Virus record (IMG/VR): IMGVR_UViG_3300032116_000001
Coordinates: 248,001 to 312,000 of that record
DNA length: 64,000 bases
Direction: 5' to 3' (one strand)
Shown here piece by piece: positions 19,867-28,908 of this stretch (the stretch's first letter is position 1; the number at the start of each line of letters is the position of its first letter). Position numbers and translations under genes: made by a program. The notes under the pieces were generated by a model, which was given only the letters and a program-made list of their open reading frames with translations, searched no databases and was not told where the DNA came from.

Positions 19867-22800
19867 ATGCCTTGGAACGAAACAGATATTGCTTTTAAGA
19901 AGCTTAATAACAAAAGAGTAACCACTAATCTTGGAAAGGGGATTAATGAAGAACGCGGCGCAAAAACCATCAATGTGAGTGCTGATGAAATTTGGACAGA
20001 TAGTGTTCCTGGTGTGCCGCCTGGATCAACCACATCTGTAATTGAAGTCTATGATTATGCCGATAGACTTACTTTGATAGAAGACCTATCAGTTCCTAAT
20101 CAACAAGCATGGTTTGCGACGACAATCACAAATACTGTGACTGCTAACAACGGCACAACTTTATCTGAGTCTTCTCGATTAATGGATTGGGTTTCAGATA
20201 AATATGATGCCCCTGGCACGGCCCCTGGTTTAGGCTATGAAATCAAAGTGTATGATAAAGATGACATATTAATTCCAAAGGGAGATGCAAGTCAGTGGTA
20301 CTTTGATTATCAAACTGGTATTCTAATTTTTAGAAATGCAAGCACAGATAGCGGAAGCGTGTCGTCAAGAGCGCCTTTTAAAATAGTAGGTTACAGATAT
20401 ATAGGAAACAAAGGCGCTGGAACAGTTTCTTCTATTGGTGGCAGTAATGGGATTATAACTGATTTAATATCAAATGCACCAATCACTTCATCAGGTAATT
20501 TGCAGCTAGATGTGGCATATTCGCCGTCTTGGTCTAGTAGACATACCTTTAGTTATAATCCAACATCAGGCGTTAGCACTAATCATATATTATCAATTAC
20601 TGGTGCGCCTTTTGGACAATCAAGTGGCGCGGCCATCGAAATAGGTGCCACAAGTGCCTTTGATGGATCAACCGCTGGTTTTTTCAATGGAAGTTCTAGT
20701 GGCACATACATTGCGATTAATGCTGCTTCTTCGTACACGGGTGATTTTTTAAATTTTGGCCTTGCCGCGGGCGCTGGCTACAGCGAAAGACTTAAAATTA
20801 GTGGACAAGGCGTCCTTTCTCTTTTAAACCCAGGAGGGGCGTCAGGCCCGCAAATCTTCTTTGGAAATGCTTCTGCTCCAAGCTCTCCGTCTAATGGAGA
20901 CCTTTGGTATACTGGCAGTGCGCTTAATTTTAGATCAAGTGGAACTATATATAATCTTATAGGAAGCACTATAGGCGATCCATTAAGTGGCGGAACTGTG
21001 GGTTCGGTTATTTTCGTGGGATCAGGTAACACATTGTCACAAGATAATGCGAATTTATTTTGGGACGACTCTAATAATCGCCTGGGACTTGGCAATGCTA
21101 CGCCGCAAATGCCGCTAGATGTCAGAACTGGAGCAAGCTCAATTATTAGAGCGTTAAACACGACATCTTCAGGGCTGAATGAGGGCTCGGTAATATCACT
21201 TCACCAAGGCGATGTTGGATTGATCGTTAATGGTAATAGACTTGGTGGTATCATGATGGGAGGGGCTGATGGAGCCAATTATTCATCTCAGCATAATGCA
21301 GCAGCAATACAGGCTTTTGCTGGCCAAACTTGGTCTTTTGGTTCGTCAGAAGGCTCTTATTTAACTTTTGAAACCACGCCATTGGGCTCTGCAAGTCGTG
21401 TTGAACGAATGAGAATTGACGCTGGCCCAATTATTTGGTTTGGTAATGGTGCAGCATCAGCCTCGCCTATTTCAACTACGATATCAGCAACCTCTGGCTT
21501 AGGAACTAATATCGGTGGCGCAAATTTAACCATAAGAAGTGGCTCTGGAACTGGCACTGGCCAAAGTGGAGATATAGTTTTTCAGACAGCTACCCCAGGT
21601 GGATCAGGGTCGGGGGCAAATGCCCACAGCGATAGATTTGTTATTTCTAGCCATGGGGATATAACCATTTATGGCAACACTGGAAATATTTTATGGCATG
21701 CAGATACAAGCAAATTAATTATTGATGGCGACGGTTATTCAGATCATGTTTCTATTAAGCAAGGAGGCGTAACATCAATACAGCTCGGGCATTCATCTTT
21801 GTCAGGTTTGCTGGGCGGAAGAATTTATGGTTCAGGAGAAGAAGCTGGCGGACTCGAAATTTCTTCAGTTAGTTCGATACAATTACTGTCTGGAGTCGAC
21901 CATGGCATAGACATATATCCACCTGGTGTTGGAGCAGGAGAAACTGGCCAGTTGCGCTTTAGAGAGCTTGATGCGAATGGCTCTAATTTCATATCTTTTA
22001 AATCCCCTGACGCAATTGCAAATAATGTCACATATGTTTTACCATCGGCACACCCAAGCACTAACCAAGTGCTCACAGCCTCAAGCATATCTGGCTCAGG
22101 CCCATATGAGGTTGTTTTAAGCTGGGGAACCCCGTCTGGTGGAGGAATTACAAGCTTAAATGGCCAAACAGGAGGAACACAGACATTTGCCAATGATACA
22201 AATGTTACTATTTCTTCATCATCTAATACTCATACTCTTGGATGGACTGGGCAACTTGCAGTGTCTCGTGGCGGCACAGGTGCTGGTACATTTACTTCCA
22301 ACGGTGTTTTACTCGGAAGTGGCACATCGGCAATTACAGCCACGGCGGCGGGGACGTCTAACCAAGTATTGAGAGTTCCTGGAGCGGGTGGCGCTCCCGC
22401 ATTCGGGGCAATTGATATTTCATCAACCGCGGCTGTTACAGGGTCGCTTGCCGTAACCAATGGCGGCACGGGCACGGGGACAGCATTTACAGAAAACAAT
22501 GTTGTTTTCGCTGGATCGTCGGGCGTATATTCACAGAGTAATGCTTTTGCATTTACTTCATCAACAGGACAACTGGCACTTTCGACAACAGGCGCTGCAG
22601 CAGGCGTGCTCATCGGCGGTGATGTCCAGTTATATCGTTCTGGAGCCAATATTCTTGGGATTCCAGACATTGTTGAAATTCGCTCAGCAAATGAATTACG
22701 TTTCAACAACTCTGCTGATACTAAATTCACTTCTTTTGTGCCTGGGTCACAGACGGTCACGATTAACTATACTCTTCCAGCGTCTGCGCCCTCTCTCAAT

Positions 22801-24669
22801 GATGTCTTAAAAGCGACGTCAGTGTCGGGAACTGACCCTGTCACAGTTGCATTGGGATGGGCTGCAGATACTGATACAGGAATTACAAGCCTTAATAGTC
22901 AGACAGGAAACACACAAACGTTTGCAAATGATACAAACGTTACAATTACATCAGGTTCTAACACTCATACACTTGGGTGGAGCGGCCAGCTTTCTGTTGG
23001 CCGCGGTGGAAGTGGTGCGGGAACGTTCACCTCAAATGGTGTCTTGCTCGGGAATGGAGCATCTCCTTTTAATGTGACAGCTGCTGGCACTGCCAACCAA
23101 GTCTTACGAATTCCTGGGGCTGGCGGAGCGCCAGTTTTTGGTGCAATTGATCTTGCACAAGCCGCCGCGGTCACGGGCACACTTGCGGTCGGAAACGGTG
23201 GGACTGGGACTGGAACTGCGTTTACGGCGGGGAGTGTTGTTTTTGCAGGTTCTGGTGGAACATATTCGCAAGACAATGCAAATCTTTTCTGGGATGACAC
23301 AAACGACCGCTTAGGAATAAGAACTAATACACCAGGTGCTACACTTCATATTAACCCGTCAACTGGCTCTCAGGCGTCATGGTTACAAGAAGGTGCTTTC
23401 TTTAGGGTTCAGGCTGGAACAAGAACAAACAACAGCACCGCAACATCTGGAACAGCTACATGGGCAGTGTTTAACTCATTTGCGCAACCAACCTTAGCGG
23501 CCACGAACACTGGCGTCACAACCACAAACGCAGCAACCGTATTTATAGCTAACTCTCCAGCGGCTGGGGCTAATATGACAATTACCAACAGGTATGCTCT
23601 ATGGGTAGACGCTGGTTGGTCAAGATTTAACGGCTCTGTGGGATTGGGCTTGGTCCCAGATGACAACAACATGTTGTTCAGTTTTATTACCACTTCCTCA
23701 AACTTAACTCGACGTGCGATACAGGGCTTAAATTCGGTTACGGGATCAATTACCTCAACATTTCCCGTTGGTATATCAGGAAGAATAGAGATTAATGCTG
23801 CCGCAAACACAATTTCATACGCAGCAGGGCTGTTTGGATCAGCAAGAACACTTTCGGGCCAAAGCGGGACTATTACCGCTCTTTACGGTATGGATTTCGA
23901 TGTATGGCATCAGGGCACCGCAAATATTGGCACCATGGCAGCGTCCAGAGCTTTTGCTACACTAACAAATACATCTAATGGAACCATTACTGATTGGATT
24001 GGCTATTCTGCACAGCTTAATACCTCTGTTGGCGGAAGTGCTTCTGCCACAAATGCATTAGGTTACGATACGATCTTTTCATTAAGCGGATCGGGAACGA
24101 TTGCAAATCTAACAGGCTACCGAATACAAAACCCGTCGGGAAGCCAAACGATAACAAATCTTTATGGCATTCGGATCGCTGACCTAACGCGGGGAACAAA
24201 CAACTTCGGTATCTACTTTGATGGTACATCAGGGCTGGCAAGGCAAGGCATCTGGTGGAATGCTGACACAAATCTTTATCGCTCAGCAGCAAACACACTG
24301 AGAACGGATGATGAACTAGTCGTTGGGCAAAGAGCTACATCAGGCGTTGTCGTGTTGACAGACGGGGCGAATATCTCACTAGATGCCAGTTTGGGCAACC
24401 ACTTCAGGGTGACTTTAGGGGGTAACAGAACACTACTGGCTCCGACAAATCCAGTCGATGGACAAAAGATTACGATTGAAGTCATTCAAGACGGTGGCGG
24501 AAATAGGACATTAACTCTAACCACGGGGAGTAGCGGAAGTTTCATTTTTGGGACAGATATAACAGGAATAACACTTACCACGACTGGTGGCCTGCGCGAT
24601 TTAATCGGATGTGTTTATTCATCATCGCTTAGTCGATGGATGGTTGTGAGTTTTGTCAAGGGATTCTAA
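19867..24669 (+). CDS. Long tail fibre / receptor-binding protein (about 1600 aa)
   Basis: G/S/T-rich; SQDNANLFWDD..RLG twice, ERMRID, large internal duplication, C-terminal DASLGNHFRVTLGGNRTL..PTN..GQ..IQDGGGNRTLT tip domain; ATG at 19867. Confidence 0.9.
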   Translation: MPWNETDIAFKKLNNKRVTTNLGKGINEERGAKTINVSADEIWTDSVPGVPPGSTTSVIEVYDYADRLTLIEDLSVPNQQAWFATTITNTVTANNGTTLSESSRLMDWVSDKYDAPGTAPGLGYEIKVYDKDDILIPKGDASQWYFDYQTGILIFRNASTDSGSVSSRAPFKIVGYRYIGNKGAGTVSSIGGSNGIITDLISNAPITSSGNLQLDVAYSPSWSSRHTFSYNPTSGVSTNHILSITGAPFGQSSGAAIEIGATSAFDGSTAGFFNGSSSGTYIAINAASSYTGDFLNFGLAAGAGYSERLKISGQGVLSLLNPGGASGPQIFFGNASAPSSPSNGDLWYTGSALNFRSSGTIYNLIGSTIGDPLSGGTVGSVIFVGSGNTLSQDNANLFWDDSNNRLGLGNATPQMPLDVRTGASSIIRALNTTSSGLNEGSVISLHQGDVGLIVNGNRLGGIMMGGADGANYSSQHNAAAIQAFAGQTWSFGSSEGSYLTFETTPLGSASRVERMRIDAGPIIWFGNGAASASPISTTISATSGLGTNIGGANLTIRSGSGTGTGQSGDIVFQTATPGGSGSGANAHSDRFVISSHGDITIYGNTGNILWHADTSKLIIDGDGYSDHVSIKQGGVTSIQLGHSSLSGLLGGRIYGSGEEAGGLEISSVSSIQLLSGVDHGIDIYPPGVGAGETGQLRFRELDANGSNFISFKSPDAIANNVTYVLPSAHPSTNQVLTASSISGSGPYEVVLSWGTPSGGGITSLNGQTGGTQTFANDTNVTISSSSNTHTLGWTGQLAVSRGGTGAGTFTSNGVLLGSGTSAITATAAGTSNQVLRVPGAGGAPAFGAIDISSTAAVTGSLAVTNGGTGTGTAFTENNVVFAGSSGVYSQSNAFAFTSSTGQLALSTTGAAAGVLIGGDVQLYRSGANILGIPDIVEIRSANELRFNNSADTKFTSFVPGSQTVTINYTLPASAPSLNDVLKATSVSGTDPVTVALGWAADTDTGITSLNSQTGNTQTFANDTNVTITSGSNTHTLGWSGQLSVGRGGSGAGTFTSNGVLLGNGASPFNVTAAGTANQVLRIPGAGGAPVFGAIDLAQAAAVTGTLAVGNGGTGTGTAFTAGSVVFAGSGGTYSQDNANLFWDDTNDRLGIRTNTPGATLHINPSTGSQASWLQEGAFFRVQAGTRTNNSTATSGTATWAVFNSFAQPTLAATNTGVTTTNAATVFIANSPAAGANMTITNRYALWVDAGWSRFNGSVGLGLVPDDNNMLFSFITTSSNLTRRAIQGLNSVTGSITSTFPVGISGRIEINAAANTISYAAGLFGSARTLSGQSGTITALYGMDFDVWHQGTANIGTMAASRAFATLTNTSNGTITDWIGYSAQLNTSVGGSASATNALGYDTIFSLSGSGTIANLTGYRIQNPSGSQTITNLYGIRIADLTRGTNNFGIYFDGTSGLARQGIWWNADTNLYRSAANTLRTDDELVVGQRATSGVVVLTDGANISLDASLGNHFRVTLGGNRTLLAPTNPVDGQKITIEVIQDGGGNRTLTLTTGSSGSFIFGTDITGITLTTTGGLRDLIGCVYSSSLSRWMVVSFVKGF
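22144..23271 (+). repeat. Internal duplication in the tail fibre (two copies of about 130 aa, 735 nt apart)
   Basis: GITSLNxQTGxTQTFANDTNVTI...GTGTGTAFT..VVFAGS.G.YSQ at about 22144-22536 and 22879-23271. Confidence 0.9.
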
Positions 24670-24671
24670 AG

Positions 24672-25250
24672 ATGATTTTACCTGGAGACATTACGCCATA
24701 TACTGACGAAGAAAGATCGTGGTTGAACGCTGCCTATGATTTAATTCGCGACAAGATCGAACCTGCTGAATGTGATGGAGTTATTTTAAGAGCAGGTAAG
24801 CACTATTGCGATCCTTTTTGGATATTAGACATCGACAAAATGTGCTGGATGGCCACAGCTCCGATTGATCTGTACGCCCATAAATGCATATTAGACGACA
24901 TGTATGGTGATGTTTGTTTAACAGGACTTGGGATTGGAGTTGGTCTGATATTTGCTGAGGCGAATCCGAGGATCAGCAATATAACTATTATAGAAAACGA
25001 TATGAGAGTAGCCAATGCTGTTTGGAATATGCATTTAGACTTAAAAAATGTTCATAAAGCAAAATTAATTATTGCCGATGCTAATAAATTTGACTTCAGT
25101 AATTTTGATTGTACATTTATCGATCACACACCAAATGTACAAGCTGAACTAGAGGTCCTTGATCGTGCATATAACCAAACAAAGGTTTTTAATTGGTATG
25201 ACATTGCCATTAGCATAGAAGATAGATGGAGGTCCAGGCCATGGCCGTAA
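24672..25250 (+). CDS. Class I SAM-dependent methyltransferase-like protein
   Basis: VCLTGLGIG, ITIIEND, LIIADA..FD..FID. Confidence 0.7.
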   Translation: MILPGDITPYTDEERSWLNAAYDLIRDKIEPAECDGVILRAGKHYCDPFWILDIDKMCWMATAPIDLYAHKCILDDMYGDVCLTGLGIGVGLIFAEANPRISNITIIENDMRVANAVWNMHLDLKNVHKAKLIIADANKFDFSNFDCTFIDHTPNVQAELEVLDRAYNQTKVFNWYDIAISIEDRWRSRPWP

Positions 25251-25825
25251 CCGTTTGGAAGCCCGCTGGAACGTGTGCCACAGATAGCACGATGGGAACA
25301 AAATCGTGGCTTACAACATCTTCGGGGACACTTGTTGGAACAGAAGTGTCTTCGAACAATGATGTTTTCGCAGCCACGACTGCATCACAAGGCGAAACGT
25401 CGCACTTACTAAGATGCACAAATTTTGGGTTCACATCAAGTGATGTCCCATCGGGGTCAACAATTGATGGCATAGAAATTAGGCTTCGAAGGTATAGAGT
25501 TTCTGGAACCGAACCTGTGGTCGTGGATACAAATTACAGAGTTGTTAAGGGAGGAACTGTCCAAACGACAAATACAACAAAATCTGGCGACTGGACCACC
25601 TCTGAGATCGAAGACACGCTTGGTAATTCAACTTATCTTGGTGGCACGACTTTTACACAATCGGATATTTTGAGTAGTGGTTTTGGAGTAGCCGTTGGCG
25701 TAACTACGGCCACTGGGAGAATCGGTGTGCCAGGCCAGTCACACTTCATAGATATTGTTGAGTCAAGAGTGTATTACACACCACCTTACTCAGCTAATCA
25801 ATCAAGTATGTTTTTGGCATTTTAA
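25241..25825 (+). CDS. Virion-associated / tail-fibre accessory protein
   Basis: TNFGF..VPSGSTIDGIE..., SSGFGV; GGAGG SD before ATG 25241. Confidence 0.7.
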   Translation: MAVTVWKPAGTCATDSTMGTKSWLTTSSGTLVGTEVSSNNDVFAATTASQGETSHLLRCTNFGFTSSDVPSGSTIDGIEIRLRRYRVSGTEPVVVDTNYRVVKGGTVQTTNTTKSGDWTTSEIEDTLGNSTYLGGTTFTQSDILSSGFGVAVGVTTATGRIGVPGQSHFIDIVESRVYYTPPYSANQSSMFLAF

Positions 25826-26025
25826 GCTCTTTTTTGTTTTCCAACTCTTTGGACTTTCTTTTCTTTCATGTCCTCATTTGGTGTTGTTTCAAGCACGTTA
25901 AAACCTTTTATTTTATCAAGAAAAGCCATTAACTCAATACACTCTGCGCCTTGAGTACCATTGGGCACAACATGTACATTTCCTTTTTCATCTATTTCAA
26001 CTTCAAGATAAACTTCTTTAGCCAT
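25822..26025 (-). CDS. DUF2997-family protein
   Basis: VEIDEKGNVHV..NGTQGAECIELMAFL; adjacent to DUF1257. Confidence 0.75.
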   Translation of the reverse strand: MAKEVYLEVEIDEKGNVHVVPNGTQGAECIELMAFLDKIKGFNVLETTPNEDMKEKKVQRVGKQKRA

Positions 26026-26456
26026 TATATCACCTTTTTGCTGCGCATATTTATTTTTGTCCTTGTTCTAGACGTTAAACCGATATCATCCTTAAGCGTG
26101 ACCTTCGTTTTAAAGCCTTGTGACTTTAGCGCCTTTTCAATGACAACTTTTGCATAAGCTTGCTTTACTCTTTGATCGATCATGCATGCCTTATCATAAT
26201 CAGAACAAAACATCACAAACTCTCCCTTTTGCTCGTCAAAAGCAAAGCCAAGATCATTTGAAGCCCCAGTGAAAGCCTTGTTCAGCTGATGTTTACCCAC
26301 TATAATTTCTGCCTTCTGTTCTCTTAGTGTGCCTTCAAAGCCGCTGAGGGACTGAGGGTTTTCATAAACTTTAGGGATTAATCCCAGCTCTTTTAAGGCC
26401 GATAACAAAGCATCTTTGTCTACTAGGCTGCATTCTATTCTTTTATAGGCTGACAT
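26025..26456 (-). CDS. DUF1257 (Ycf35-like) protein
   Basis: MSAY..I...D...LLSALKELG, AEII, NDLGF, SDYD, KQAYA. Confidence 0.8.
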   Translation of the reverse strand: MSAYKRIECSLVDKDALLSALKELGLIPKVYENPQSLSGFEGTLREQKAEIIVGKHQLNKAFTGASNDLGFAFDEQKGEFVMFCSDYDKACMIDQRVKQAYAKVVIEKALKSQGFKTKVTLKDDIGLTSRTRTKINMRSKKVI

Positions 26457-26472
26457 AACACTTTACTTCCAT

Positions 26473-26820
26473 TTAATTAAAACCTGGGCCTTTGAAATTT
26501 GGAACAAACTCTTTTTGGGGCATTCTGCACTGAGGACACAGCCAAATATTTACCATAATTTCCTGTGGGATTTCTGAAGAAATTTCTTCTGCATTTTCTC
26601 CCGCGATTAGATTAATATTGTTAATTGTAGGTTGCCCCAATGACCCCTGTCCCCTTTTACCCATTAAGCAAAGCGGACAGCCAATCGGAACATAATTAGA
26701 ATCATTAACTTTTACTATAGTAAGCCCAGTGGAATTACTAACAAAATGTTCTCCGCCCATTTTTTTGCTAATTTGTGCAACTTTTGTTAAAAATTCTATA
26801 TCTTGCTCTTTAAATATCAT
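26473..26820 (-). CDS. Zn-ribbon hypothetical protein
   Basis: CPLC...CPQC. Confidence 0.7.
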   Translation of the reverse strand: MIFKEQDIEFLTKVAQISKKMGGEHFVSNSTGLTIVKVNDSNYVPIGCPLCLMGKRGQGSLGQPTINNINLIAGENAEEISSEIPQEIMVNIWLCPQCRMPQKEFVPNFKGPGFN

Positions 26821-26823
26821 GAT

Positions 26824-27171
26824 TTAAAGGTATTCGTCAGTTGACGTGTTCTTTTGATTGGCTTCTGTGACATCGTTTAACTCAGTCTCAAATCTTGAAG
26901 ATACCCAAGTCACGGTATTTGCAAGTCCATTTCTCGTTCTGACAAGCGCAGAAATTAAAGCCGCTGCACCGACGTCTACCTGATTTGCCATTTCGATACC
27001 CTCAAGTACAACCTCAGTTGTATCAAGGCAGTATTCAATTAATTCCAGGAATTCTTCTGCGTTGAGGTTTTTGATTGCTTCCAATACCTGACGATTTTGA
27101 GATTCAGTAATATCATCAGTGGCATCAGCGGCGTCAAGAAAAATTTCGGAAGTTTTATTATTTGATTTCAT
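26824..27171 (-). CDS. Hypothetical acidic helical protein
   Basis: 115-aa ORF in the minus-strand operon. Confidence 0.7.
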   Translation of the reverse strand: MKSNNKTSEIFLDAADATDDITESQNRQVLEAIKNLNAEEFLELIEYCLDTTEVVLEGIEMANQVDVGAAALISALVRTRNGLANTVTWVSSRFETELNDVTEANQKNTSTDEYL

Positions 27172-27195
27172 AATTGTTTCTCTTATACATTAAAC

Positions 27196-27549
27196 TTAAT
27201 GTCCTTGGATAATTAAATTTTCCAATTGATCAAGAATGATCGCGGTTTGAATCTGGTGGGGAATAGACAATTCACTTACAGAGACCACTTCATCTGATGA
27301 CTCTATAATTTCTTTTGGCAGGCCTCGCGAATCTCCAACAAAAAATGTAACACAATCTCGTGCAAGAATTTCTTTGATCTTGTTTTCTGTTAATGGCTGC
27401 CCCGAGTTGCAAATAGAAACTTTAAAACCTGGTTTGGCTGGCATATCACTACTTAAATCTGCTTGCCGAAGTCGTGAAATTTTCTTTATTGAGTCTTTTG
27501 CGTAATTAGTGTACTTACCGCCAGTTCCTCTGTGTACGATGTGTATCAT
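27196..27549 (-). CDS. Truncated RlmH-like SPOUT protein
   Basis: FFVGDSRGLPKEI..SDEVVSVSELSIPHQI..IILDQL matches the RlmH knot (FxIGGxxGL...SLSxxTxPH..xLxEQ); C-terminal YRA...PYH is missing. Confidence 0.7.
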   Translation of the reverse strand: MIHIVHRGTGGKYTNYAKDSIKKISRLRQADLSSDMPAKPGFKVSICNSGQPLTENKIKEILARDCVTFFVGDSRGLPKEIIESSDEVVSVSELSIPHQIQTAIILDQLENLIIQGH

Positions 27550-27555
27550 AGTTAA

Positions 27556-27587
27556 AAAATATCCATTGGGTCAAGAATGGATATTTT
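27556..27587 (-). terminator. 12-bp hairpin, probable minus-strand terminator
   Basis: AAAATATCCATT-N8-AATGGATATTTT. Confidence 0.55.
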
Positions 27588-27721
27588 ATCATCGTGTATT
27601 TTCATTATTTTTTTAATGTGAAAATATTTTGTGTAAAAAATCAGAAATTTTGTCTGTTTTTTTACACCCTACTTAAGGCATATTAATAATGATCATTATT
27701 CTAATCATTTATTAATGATCA

Positions 27722-28666
27722 TTATTCAACTGGTCTGATGGACTGAAATCTTGCTTCGCCACTTGTGATATTGATTTTAAATCTTGCCCAAAACCTTAAT
27801 GGATTGCTTAAAAGCGTAGGTGGCTGCGTGTTCCCGTTAGTTACATCGTTAATAATATCATTGATCGAATCATTAATTTGCCTTTTCACCCAAGTAGCAG
27901 CATTAATCAAAACAACTCCGTCAAATCTAAATGATCCTGGAGAAGACATACCGTCCGACGTATTATCAAGAACCGAACCTGCCACTACCCATGCGGACCC
28001 ATTCCATACCTCCGCAGTTAATGCAGAATTTGAACCTGTGGATACGGTTGAAAATTCAAATAGCCATTTGTTTTGAGGTTTTTCTGACCCTACATAAACA
28101 TAATCATTTGCATTATTAAGTGGAAAATTTTCTCCCCCATGTAGGGTCATGGCGCTTGTGATGTCAGTCAGCGCCCCCGTGCCACTATCTTCATGAACGA
28201 CTTTGAAGCTTAGATCACGTGCTATCCCAGTGCTATCCCCCCTGTTGGCAGTTGTTGGGAAGCTTCTCTTCCCTTCGGCTCGAACAGTAAATACAGTGCC
28301 TGTTGTGATCGATGCAGCAGAAATCCTAAGATGTAGAACACCAACATTTCTTACATCTTCAACAAAACATTCACTTAAATCTAATACAAGCATATTATTA
28401 GCCATACTTCCCGAGGCTGATCCTGCTATGTAAAGTGGCTTGTTCGTTGCGCTGGCGGCTCTGTAGAGCGCAGAGTCTGTCAACACTGTCACCGTTACGT
28501 TGGCAATGCTGTTATTTGCCGACAGAATAATTCTATCAACAGTGCTGCTTTTTGGCCATCCACCGATGCTAATGTATACTTCCGTTGCCCCCGCCAATGA
28601 AGCTGGCGCACTGGCAACTTTACTTATGACGGAATTTTGATTTATTATAGATTGAATGTAATTCAT
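27722..28666 (-). CDS. Probable virion structural protein (beta-rich)
   Basis: DYVYVGS, AEVWNGSAW, DNTSDG...FRFDG, FWARF; late-promoter motif upstream. Confidence 0.7.
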   Translation of the reverse strand: MNYIQSIINQNSVISKVASAPASLAGATEVYISIGGWPKSSTVDRIILSANNSIANVTVTVLTDSALYRAASATNKPLYIAGSASGSMANNMLVLDLSECFVEDVRNVGVLHLRISAASITTGTVFTVRAEGKRSFPTTANRGDSTGIARDLSFKVVHEDSGTGALTDITSAMTLHGGENFPLNNANDYVYVGSEKPQNKWLFEFSTVSTGSNSALTAEVWNGSAWVVAGSVLDNTSDGMSSPGSFRFDGVVLINAATWVKRQINDSINDIINDVTNGNTQPPTLLSNPLRFWARFKINITSGEARFQSIRPVE

Positions 28667-28703
28667 GAAACCTTTTTCTCCAGCCTTGGATACGTCATTA
28701 TTG

Positions 28704-28728
28704 TTCTGCTTTTCTGCGAACCGATCCT
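28704..28728 (-). promoter_or_regulatory. Putative late promoter AGG-N18-AGAA
   Basis: Upstream of the 28666 gene. Confidence 0.55.
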
Positions 28729-28797
28729 GTTATTTGTAAAATAACTATTTTTGGCTCATCACGTGATTATTTTGCTGTAAAATTAACGTATATAGAT

Positions 28798-28897
28798 TTA
28801 GCAGCTTTGGGTAATCATGGTTGCTGAGGGGGTATACTCTGGAATTATCGTCTTGAAAAAGGCATGAGGCGCTCTGAGTTCCATGTGGATACCCCTT
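28798..28897 (+). ncRNA. Candidate structured RNA or 5' leader
   Basis: GC-richer intergenic island with a 9-bp hairpin and a long nested stem (AGGGGGTAT/ATACCCCTT, TGGAATT/AGTTCCA, CGTCTT/GAGGCG); G-U pairs favour the + strand. Confidence 0.45.
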
Positions 28898-28908
28898 GGT
28901 TTTAATTT

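Noticed and set aside
19867-24669. Diversity-generating retroelement TR/VR pair in the tail fibre
   Set aside because: The repeats differ mainly at synonymous positions rather than adenines, both are internal and in frame, and no reverse transcriptase is in the window
24672-25250. Spermidine synthase partnering SpeD
   Set aside because: It has only a generic SAM-binding motif (GLGIG), lacks the GGGDG signature and N-terminal domain, and lies 37 kb from speD
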